NCBI GenBank assembly: GCA_963727805.1 | Contig: CAVSHF010000003.1 | Span: 1,632,001 to 1,696,000, forward strand | DNA: 64,000 bases | Direction: 5' to 3' | Origin: an uncultured Nitrospiraceae bacterium | GTDB taxonomy: Bacteria > Nitrospirota > Thermodesulfovibrionia > Thermodesulfovibrionales > Dissulfurispiraceae | Shown here: piece after piece, positions 56,825 through 64,000 of the stretch | Layout of the letters: each line of letters opens with the position of its first letter | Numbering within the stretch: position 1 is the first letter of the stretch | The notes under the pieces: model-generated | Databases searched by the model: none | What the model saw: the letters and a program-made list of their open reading frames with translations, nothing else | What the model was told of the DNA's origin: nothing | Program-made: the position numbers and the translations under genes

Positions 56825-56992
56825 TCAACTCAGCAGCCCGCCTGTGAGTTCATAGAGGGGTTGATTGACCCTCATGATAGCTGCGTTGATCCTGTACATC
56901 TGATCAAGGCTCGAAAGGGCATAAACGAGGTAGATAAAAAAGAGGATAAGAAGCAACCCGTAACCGAGCAGTATTTTTTTGGCTATATTCAT
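56825..56992 (-). pseudogene. 55-aa fragment resembling the N-terminus of a membrane sensor (histidine kinase or MCP)
   Basis: Hand translation MNIAKKILLGYGLLLILFFIYLVYALSSLDQMYRINAAIMRVNQPLYELTGGLLS*. Confidence 0.45.
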
Positions 56993-57186
56993 GTTGTTAG
57001 ACCGAAGTGTTAAAACTGAGCGTACTTTTATTTTATATAGATTACCTTGATTTTATCCAAACTGCCACACAGGGTCTATATCGACAAATGTAGAAAGTAT
57101 CTATAAAACAACCACATCGGGATAGGAGGAGCACAAAACACAATCCTTATGAGAAGAATAAACTCGTGGGTTACACTGATCCGAGA

Positions 57187-57525
57187 TCAGTGATGGGACT
57201 TTGCTAGGGCCTTAATGAACTCTATATATTCAGCAGGTGGATATATAATCTCGAGACCTATGCTGTCGATCTCCTTTTCAGGCAGCATCTTGTGATATGC
57301 CCATCTTGTTTTACAGTGGAGTGTGATTTTCTCTTTCGCTGAAATCTGGAACCTCACATCGATATCCATTCCGGGAGTATACTTCTTATAAGCAACGGAT
57401 GGGGCAGTAACGATATGAATGCCGCTCTCGGAGATATCCTCGATGAATACGGTATGCTTGTCACCTCCCGAGATACGCTGCGCTTTCAGATTAATGGATA
57501 TTCTATTTGATCGCCTCCGTTCCAT
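57187..57525 (-). CDS. PilZ-domain protein
   Basis: ERRRSNR (RxxxR) and DISESG (DxSxxG). Confidence 0.88.
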   Translation of the reverse strand: MERRRSNRISINLKAQRISGGDKHTVFIEDISESGIHIVTAPSVAYKKYTPGMDIDVRFQISAKEKITLHCKTRWAYHKMLPEKEIDSIGLEIIYPPAEYIEFIKALAKSHH

Positions 57526-57636
57526 ATTATAATTGTATCATGTTCCTCGATCGTTTATGCAAAAGAATCGGGCCATCCTGCGGCAGCGGAATATATCGCC
57601 GTTTAACTTAAGTAATGACACTCAATGGAGGCAGCG

Positions 57637-58623
57637 ATGAAAGCTCAGAAAGTCTACATTACCCGGATGATTCCGGAAAGGGCTATACGTTTACTGGAAA
57701 GTCATTATTCAGTCGAAGTGAATCCCGAAGACCGCCCGCTGAGGCGCGACGAGCTCATCGACAAAGTTAGAGGCAAGCATGGGGTAATAACCATGCTTAA
57801 CGATATGGTCAACGATGAATTGCTGGATGCTGCCGGCAGCCAGTGTAGGATATTTGCAAATTACGCGGTCGGGTACAATAACATCGACATCCCGGCGGCG
57901 ACAGCGCGCGGTATTTTTATTTCCAACACGCCTGATGTACTAACAGATGCAACGGCGGATTTGGCATGGGCGCTCCTGCTCGCAGCTACGCGCCGCATCG
58001 CCGAGGGCGACCGTATAGTCCGTTCGGGCGGATTTGTGGGCTGGTCCCCCCTTTTCATGCTCGGCGTCGAAGTCACCGGTAAAACCCTCGGGATAATCGG
58101 CGCCGGACGCATCGGGCAGGCTGTGGCTAGGCGGGCGAGTGGGTTCAACATGAAGATTCTTTATACCGCCAACAACCCCAAGCCGGATTTTGAAAAAACA
58201 ACAGACTCATCGTTCGTCGGCCTCGACTCACTCCTAGAACTGTCAGATTTCGTGTCCCTCCATGTCCCACTTACACCCATGACACACCATCTGATTAGCA
58301 TACGCGAATTCGGTATCATGAAAGAGACAGCCATTCTCATCAACACCTCACGAGGTCCTGTCATCGACGAAAAGGCACTGGCTGAGGCCCTGCGCGCTGG
58401 CCAAATACGTGGGGCGGGGCTCGACGTCTACGAGCGAGAACCTGCCGTGGAGAGGGAACTTCTTGACCTCGACAATGCTGTGCTGTGTCCTCATCTCGGC
58501 AGCGCGACGCTCGAAACCCGCCAGCGCATGGGTCTTATGGCAGCAGAGAATATCCTGGTAGCGCTGCGCGGAGAGATGCCACCACAATGCCTCAATCCGG
58601 AGGCGGCAAAAGAAAGAGAGTAA
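57637..58623 (+). CDS. D-2-hydroxyacid dehydrogenase (glyoxylate reductase / D-glycerate dehydrogenase)
   Basis: AVGYNNID, NTPDVLT, GAGRIG, NTSRG, LDVYERE, PHLGSAT. Confidence 0.92.
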   Translation: MKAQKVYITRMIPERAIRLLESHYSVEVNPEDRPLRRDELIDKVRGKHGVITMLNDMVNDELLDAAGSQCRIFANYAVGYNNIDIPAATARGIFISNTPDVLTDATADLAWALLLAATRRIAEGDRIVRSGGFVGWSPLFMLGVEVTGKTLGIIGAGRIGQAVARRASGFNMKILYTANNPKPDFEKTTDSSFVGLDSLLELSDFVSLHVPLTPMTHHLISIREFGIMKETAILINTSRGPVIDEKALAEALRAGQIRGAGLDVYEREPAVERELLDLDNAVLCPHLGSATLETRQRMGLMAAENILVALRGEMPPQCLNPEAAKERE

Positions 58624-58630
58624 AATGGTG

Positions 58631-59524
58631 TTACTGCTGGCGGACGGCATACCCCTGGCGCGAGAGCCTATCTATTATCCCACGTTTGCCGACGAGATGG
58701 CCCGCTCCCACCGCTATGAAGTAAGTGCCTTTTTGTGAAAGGATCTTCTCTATCCTATCCGCCATATGCCGGTTGCGTTCATAGAATAGTTTCTCGTAAA
58801 TCTGAGACAGACGATAATCGTCCTCTGCGTTCTTGAACATCAACCTTTCCATAGTTTTGGAATCTCCTTCCCTCCACGCATTTAGGAGGACCTCCAGATT
58901 TTTTTTACTCTCGTCAACCTCTTTCAGGGAATAGATTAAAAAAAGCTCCTGGTCCCGATCCGACATCGAATTAAATAGCTCCATCTGGGAATCGAAGGAC
59001 TCGAGTTCTATGATCTTTTTGTTCCCTTCCGCCTTCTGCAGAAAATATTTATCGATCCCGTATTGGGGATCGAGACCCAGTTGTTGGTATTCGAACATCT
59101 CGATCGTTACTGCCAAAGACCAAGGTTTAAATCTCGACATTATCGCGAAGGGCAGACCAAATGATTCAATCTTCTTTTGAGCGAGATCGAGAGTCTCCCG
59201 TGAAACATGATTGCCGATGTTATCATCGCCGCGATAGATCATATCCGTCATCATCGTGTCCTTTTGAGATGCCACAACTTCGTTGATATTGAATTCCATG
59301 ACGTAAGCGTCCGACTTTCGGAACGCACTCTGTATCCGCGCATCAAGGGGATACATCTCTGCTCTGAACATGTGGACCGTCCCCAGTATGTATGCCGTTG
59401 CCTGCTGTGACTCGACCTTCCACATGAAGACCTTGTCACCCGCACATGCGGCTTGAACAATGATGATATTAAGGAGAATGATAATGAGACTGCGAATTAG
59501 AAAAAAACCTCTTCTTCTGATCAT
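58631..59524 (-). CDS. TraB/GumN-family exported protein
   Basis: YILGTVH, GID, LES...Q, RNRHMA, AVGAGHLVG. Confidence 0.9.
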   Translation of the reverse strand: MIRRRGFFLIRSLIIILLNIIIVQAACAGDKVFMWKVESQQATAYILGTVHMFRAEMYPLDARIQSAFRKSDAYVMEFNINEVVASQKDTMMTDMIYRGDDNIGNHVSRETLDLAQKKIESFGLPFAIMSRFKPWSLAVTIEMFEYQQLGLDPQYGIDKYFLQKAEGNKKIIELESFDSQMELFNSMSDRDQELFLIYSLKEVDESKKNLEVLLNAWREGDSKTMERLMFKNAEDDYRLSQIYEKLFYERNRHMADRIEKILSQKGTYFIAVGAGHLVGKRGIIDRLSRQGYAVRQQ

Positions 59525-59526
59525 CT

Positions 59527-60306
59527 TTATTCCCCTTTATCTTTGTGGAGATATGCTTCGATGTTCTCGATCAGACCTTCGCCCAGAAACATTAGCGACT
59601 CGACGTCGAGAAACTGGTCAGCCGTGGAATCCAGAAGCATCGATACCTTGGACTCGAACTCTTCTTCTTCCGGCCAATAAAGAATGAGGACGGGAAGCTT
59701 TGGAAGTAGGTAGAGATGCCATGCATTCTGTGTCGCAAATCCACTACGTTCTTCAGCGCCAATGCGGTGCAATATCTGTTTCACAGAGCTGTAATCGCGA
59801 TCGAGCAGTTCTCGGAGAGGGTCTTCGCACTCCCTCCGGAAAGACAATGCTTTTACCATGCCGCTTTTAAGTTCAGAATACGAGACCCATCTATTGCTTA
59901 GCTCCTCCTGTCCACGGGTTCTTACATAATGCAGCAGGAGTATCTTCATCCATGGTGTATTATGTCCGCTCGTAGTTATTTCGCCGTCAGGAGCTACGGT
60001 AAACTCCCTTCCGAGAGACCGGATAATAAGGCTGCCTTCCTGCATAGTGGCCCCGAGGCCATCTGCAATCTCTGGGAAACTGATCCGCGCTACCTCTTTC
60101 CTTAATTTCGAGATCAACTCTTCTCTCCAGTCAGTCTTCTGGATGGAACCCTTCAATGCGACGCTCTCTTGCTGAGTGAGGCCGGGGCATTCAGAAACAT
60201 CAGCCTCACCACTCAGGAGCGAAAAGGCGAAGGGCATACATGTCTTCTGCCTGCATTTGCCGCAGTTCTTCTTTGGGAGTTTTTTGTATATTTCGAAAGC
60301 GTTCAT
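59527..60306 (-). CDS. Fe-S cluster domain plus DUF3786 protein
   Basis: LPKKNCGKCRQKTCMPFA...CP; ILLLHY; LPKLPVLILYW..EEEF. Confidence 0.82.
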   Translation of the reverse strand: MNAFEIYKKLPKKNCGKCRQKTCMPFAFSLLSGEADVSECPGLTQQESVALKGSIQKTDWREELISKLRKEVARISFPEIADGLGATMQEGSLIIRSLGREFTVAPDGEITTSGHNTPWMKILLLHYVRTRGQEELSNRWVSYSELKSGMVKALSFRRECEDPLRELLDRDYSSVKQILHRIGAEERSGFATQNAWHLYLLPKLPVLILYWPEEEEFESKVSMLLDSTADQFLDVESLMFLGEGLIENIEAYLHKDKGE

Positions 60307-60316
60307 TCGTCTGCCG

Positions 60317-61996
60317 TCACTTCCCCAATAGGCCCTTGAGCAAATCCTGGCGCTTCTCGTCCTGCTTCTTTTGCTGTTGTTGCTGCGATCCATCCTTGAA
60401 GAGGCGCTTCTCGATCTCCCCCTGAATACCTTTTTGCAGCTGTTTTCTAAGTGTTGCCTGGTTAGCGCCGACAGTGGGGTTGTCGGAAGTGCCCGTGATC
60501 TTTAAGGGGATCAGCGTCCATCCATCCTTGCCATCCATAAAACCGGTAAACCTGGCAACACGCATCTTCGCGGCAATCTCGGGAGAAACCTCAATATCAG
60601 TCAGCAGGGCGAGGGTTTGATTGAACCCGATGGTTCCTGATGGGGCAACCTTCAGACGCGGCGAAGACATCAAACCGGAAAGCAACACCCTCTCGTTCTG
60701 GATATTGATATCAAAGTGCCCCTTGTCGAAGGAGGGCCGTCTCAGATCGTCGAGCCCCGTGAAGGTTGCTACAGCGTCCGTCAGCTTGGATTCCTTGACC
60801 TGAACTTTGTCCATGTCCACAATCATCTTACCGATAAGAGTCTGTTTAATTTGGTCGGATGCACTCCCTTTGTCAGAACTGTAGCGAAAACCAAGGTTGC
60901 CTTTCATGTGGCCAGAAATATCTACTTTATCGCCGTTGGCGAAGTTCAGCGACAGCGGATCAATTGTAGCAACTCCGCCACTGTAATGGTACTCCACCAA
61001 AAGATTCTTCATCGTATTTCCCTTGTAGTGGGCTGTGTCTACTTTAATATTTCCTGCGGCCTTAATGTCCATCCTCTTTTCAGGTCCAGAAATAACGCCG
61101 TCGCCAGCTTCGCTAACGTGGAACCCTTTCTTGAGTTTCTTCTCCTCCGGCCTCGCCCCGTCGCTCATGGACATGAACTTTTCGAGATCCAGCTGTTTTG
61201 CGTAGAGGTCGAGGCGGACCTCAGGCACCGTCATATAGTCTTGTATCGTACCCGAGGCTGCGATAGTGTCGCTACCAATCACTGTATTCAAGGCATAAGT
61301 CACCTCCTCAGGAGTCACATCGATGGTACCCGCAGTGCGGGTGGCTACATTGCCCATCGTAATATCGAGACTTTTTACCTGTAACTTGCCAGAAAATTTC
61401 AAGGCCCCCGGCTCGGTGCCTGCTGAAACCTTAAGGTCAGCATCAGAAGTTGCCATGACCCTCGGCAGTTCTTTTTTTGCATCAATGAACTCAAGTTTCG
61501 CATTGACTATCGCGATCTTGTCGGCAATGACGCTGAAAGGCATACCGCCCTCCGTCTTGGGCTTAGGCCCGGTTTGCACCTCCCTCGTGCTGCTTGCTTT
61601 GAATGCTGCAACGATGTCTTCGTAATTGAATTTTCCGCTTCCATCTCTCGTCACGTTCAGGGAGGGGTCGATGACCTTAAGGGAGCTGATCACCAGTTTT
61701 TTGCTCAAGAGTGGCATGAGATCGTAGTTAAGTACAAATTCCCTGATGGCTGCAAAATCTGCCGCGCCGTCCTTACCCTTCACATGGATCCCCAGCATCG
61801 AAATGCCGCTGAAAATCGAGACATTGATAGCCTCGATGTCTACCTTTCTTCCGGTGGCCTCCTCTACCATTGGGATGATCAGCGCTTTGAGCTTGTCGCT
61901 TTGGAGGTAGCTTTTGACATAAAGCGATAGGCCAATAAAAATAACAACGATCAGGCCAAAAACACTACCAAGGATTATGAGCAGCTTCTTTTTCAT
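60317..61996 (-). CDS. AsmA-family protein
   Basis: N-terminal TM anchor, VEEATGRKVDI, G.FNYEDI, C-terminal IPLKITGTSDNP. Confidence 0.85.
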   Translation of the reverse strand: MKKKLLIILGSVFGLIVVIFIGLSLYVKSYLQSDKLKALIIPMVEEATGRKVDIEAINVSIFSGISMLGIHVKGKDGAADFAAIREFVLNYDLMPLLSKKLVISSLKVIDPSLNVTRDGSGKFNYEDIVAAFKASSTREVQTGPKPKTEGGMPFSVIADKIAIVNAKLEFIDAKKELPRVMATSDADLKVSAGTEPGALKFSGKLQVKSLDITMGNVATRTAGTIDVTPEEVTYALNTVIGSDTIAASGTIQDYMTVPEVRLDLYAKQLDLEKFMSMSDGARPEEKKLKKGFHVSEAGDGVISGPEKRMDIKAAGNIKVDTAHYKGNTMKNLLVEYHYSGGVATIDPLSLNFANGDKVDISGHMKGNLGFRYSSDKGSASDQIKQTLIGKMIVDMDKVQVKESKLTDAVATFTGLDDLRRPSFDKGHFDINIQNERVLLSGLMSSPRLKVAPSGTIGFNQTLALLTDIEVSPEIAAKMRVARFTGFMDGKDGWTLIPLKITGTSDNPTVGANQATLRKQLQKGIQGEIEKRLFKDGSQQQQQKKQDEKRQDLLKGLLGK

Positions 61997-62087
61997 AGTT
62001 TTCTCCTGTAAGTTTTCTCTAAATAGGATACCGAAAAGAGTCAGATTGCGGAAGAGACCTAAGTGTTAGCGGTGCGGATCGGCATTC

Positions 62088-64000
62088 TTAATCACGAGTT
62101 TTTGTCCTCCTTGTCGGGACAGCGTTCCAGGGATCATCCGGCCAGGGGTGCTTCGGATATCGCCCTTTCATTTCCTTTTTTACTTGCTGGTAACTGCCGT
62201 CCCAGAATCCCTTCAGATCCTGGGTGATCTGGACCGGTCTCCGAGCTGGGGAAAGAAGATGCAGAAGCACCTTTACACGTCCTTCCGCTATGGTCGGCGT
62301 ATCGGCTAGACCGAACATCTCCTGAAGTTTGACAGCAAGAACAGGTATATCTCCCGAAGTGTAGTCAAGCGCAACGCGATGTCCGCTCGGCACAACAACA
62401 TGAGTTGGTGCACGCTTGTCGAGGAGGCGCAATTGTTCCCACGACAACTGCGACCTTAGTGCATGAAGGATATCAATACCGATCACGCCCTGCGCGCTGC
62501 GGATGCCGCCGAGAAATGACAGCAGCCAGTCTTGGGGCGCAGATAAAAGACACTCATCCGAAATGTTCGGCCATGATTCTTCAGTAAAGATACTTCTCAT
62601 AAGAGCGACTCGCCCCTGAAACTGCCTGGTCTCTTTAGTAAAGGTTAGCATCGCGGGAGTCATCTGTATCATTTCACATAAGATCGGTACCGCCTCTTCA
62701 TCGGTCGCAGGGAAGGGCTTTGCCGAGAGAAGCATGGCACCCAGACGTTCTTCAATGGTGGCAATGATTCTGCTCTCTCTTCTGTGCCATTTAACACATC
62801 GTATCGTTTCTATCCTATTGGCGCATTCTTCACGAATAATCTGTTCAGTCAGTGATGCGGCGATATGCACAATCCCGTCACCTTTTGCGCCCGCATCCAT
62901 GTGGGCAACAACAATAAAAGAGCTCTTGCTCAGAGTGCTGATTGATGCAAATCTGACCGCCCTTCCCTGTACGAGGACAAAACAACCTTCTTTATCATCG
63001 CGCCTGCGAGCAATCCTGTCGGGGAAGGCGCGCAGGAGAAGTCTGGATATTATGTTGTGATCGTCTGTCTCCTGATCTGGGTCTATATTCATGAGAGACA
63101 TCAAACGCATAAGTTGCTTCGATGCCCTCTCCACTGCACGCAACGCCCAAGGGTCAGCTTTATCATCCACATTCGTCCCCATGCGCCATACGCGAAGAAT
63201 ATCGAACCTTTCAGTAATATCAGCATCATGGATAAACGCCATACGTCTGGCCGCACTTCTGCGGATTATGTCGCGCTCTGAAAGCAGCGCGGCAAGATCG
63301 GCACCAAGACTCACACAACCAAGTTCTCTGGCCCTCAGCAGCATTCGAGCAAGCCTGGGATGGACCGGCAAGCGAGCCATTGCCTTGCCTTCAGTTGTGA
63401 TGGAGCCGGATGGATCAAGTGCGCCAAGCTCTATCAGCAGGCCCTTGGCTGCATCCCATGCTGCCGTAGGTGGCGCGTCCAGCCACGAAAGTTCGGACGC
63501 TTTTTTAACTCCCCATGCCGCAAGATCAAGGACAAGAGATGCAAGATCAGACACAAGAATCTCAGGCGGCGAAAAGGGAATCATCGACTGAAATGCTTGG
63601 CGACCGTAAAGACGATAACAAACACCGGGTCCGAGTCGGCCCGCCCTGCCCTTCCGCTGTTCGGCAGAGGCCTTTGAAACTGTGACCGTAACCAGCCTGT
63701 TCATGCCAGTCGAGGGATCGTACTGCAATCTGCGGGTCAGGCCGCTGTCTATGATAACGCGTACACCTTCGATAGTAAGGCTCGTCTCGGCAATATTCGT
63801 CGCGAGCACGATCTTGCGTCTATGCGATGGCAGAAGGGCACGCTCCTGGTCGTCGAAAGATAGATCGCCGTAAAGGGGATGAATGGTGGTACCATCTCGT
63901 CTGCCTTCCATAACAGGTCGAAGCGCATCAGCGCATGATCGTATCTCACCCGCACCTGGTAGAAAGACGAGGATATCGCCGATAGTATTTTTCAGAGCAG
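62088..64000 (-). CDS. hrpB: ATP-dependent helicase HrpB (5' end outside window)
   Basis: GDILVFLPGAGEI (frame open to the window edge), ATNIAETSLTI, QRKGRAGR, LLSPARRPVQITQDL, GRYPKHPWP. Confidence 0.95.
   Translation of the reverse strand, partial: ALKNTIGDILVFLPGAGEIRSCADALRPVMEGRRDGTTIHPLYGDLSFDDQERALLPSHRRKIVLATNIAETSLTIEGVRVIIDSGLTRRLQYDPSTGMNRLVTVTVSKASAEQRKGRAGRLGPGVCYRLYGRQAFQSMIPFSPPEILVSDLASLVLDLAAWGVKKASELSWLDAPPTAAWDAAKGLLIELGALDPSGSITTEGKAMARLPVHPRLARMLLRARELGCVSLGADLAALLSERDIIRRSAARRMAFIHDADITERFDILRVWRMGTNVDDKADPWALRAVERASKQLMRLMSLMNIDPDQETDDHNIISRLLLRAFPDRIARRRDDKEGCFVLVQGRAVRFASISTLSKSSFIVVAHMDAGAKGDGIVHIAASLTEQIIREECANRIETIRCVKWHRRESRIIATIEERLGAMLLSAKPFPATDEEAVPILCEMIQMTPAMLTFTKETRQFQGRVALMRSIFTEESWPNISDECLLSAPQDWLLSFLGGIRSAQGVIGIDILHALRSQLSWEQLRLLDKRAPTHVVVPSGHRVALDYTSGDIPVLAVKLQEMFGLADTPTIAEGRVKVLLHLLSPARRPVQITQDLKGFWDGSYQQVKKEMKGRYPKHPWPDDPWNAVPTRRTKTRD

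Noticed and set aside
60716..61930. Long plus-strand ORFs inside the AsmA gene (similar cases in lgt, hrpB and the ATPase)
   Set aside because: Antisense to well-supported genes and without motifs
1..64000. tRNA, rRNA, integrase, prophage or anti-phage defence genes
   Set aside because: None recognised by eye; a covariance-model or HMM scan would be needed to exclude them fully

Overview
Bacterial chromosomal window of roughly 50% GC. The gene content (NfnAB, DUF3786 Fe-S protein, class I-beta DAHP synthase) suggests an anaerobic Gram-negative lineage such as Nitrospirota or Desulfobacterota; this is an impression, not a result. (1) 1-5.7 kb is the end of a surface-glycan operon for an ulosonic-acid-type sugar. 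(2) 5.8-36.2 kb is an accessory metal/phosphate island. It holds a decayed CDF gene and an operon laid out like a ferrosome (fez) cluster: DUF5132/FezA-like protein, HMA_2/CoBaHMA membrane protein and a 22-residue-repeat Gly/Ala/Val helical protein. Its pump, however, is a Ca2+-type P2A ATPase fused to a CoBaHMA domain, followed by a MetK paralog that keeps the triphosphate-binding residues but appears to have lost the methionine pocket. The island also carries two more stand-alone CoBaHMA proteins, duplicated zinc-ribbon and Cys-rich microproteins, a PHP-GT4/radical-SAM operon, a Tat-exported alkaline phosphatase, an orphan ParA and pstSCAB-phoU. Many promoters here share 11-bp-phased TGTAAC repeats (Pho-box-like). 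(3) 36-64 kb is mostly core genes: lgt, a UbiE/MenG methyltransferase, MarC, aroF with an unannotated Phe/Tyr/Trp leader-peptide attenuator, an RDD-DUF4129-DUF4350-MoxR-DUF58-SpoIIM cluster, an MCP, nfnAB, AsmA and a partial hrpB. The best candidate for a novel system is the fez-like P2A-ATPase/pseudo-MetK cluster at 6.8-14.3 kb, possibly a Ca/phosphate storage compartment. All family calls are by eye from motifs; no database search was run.
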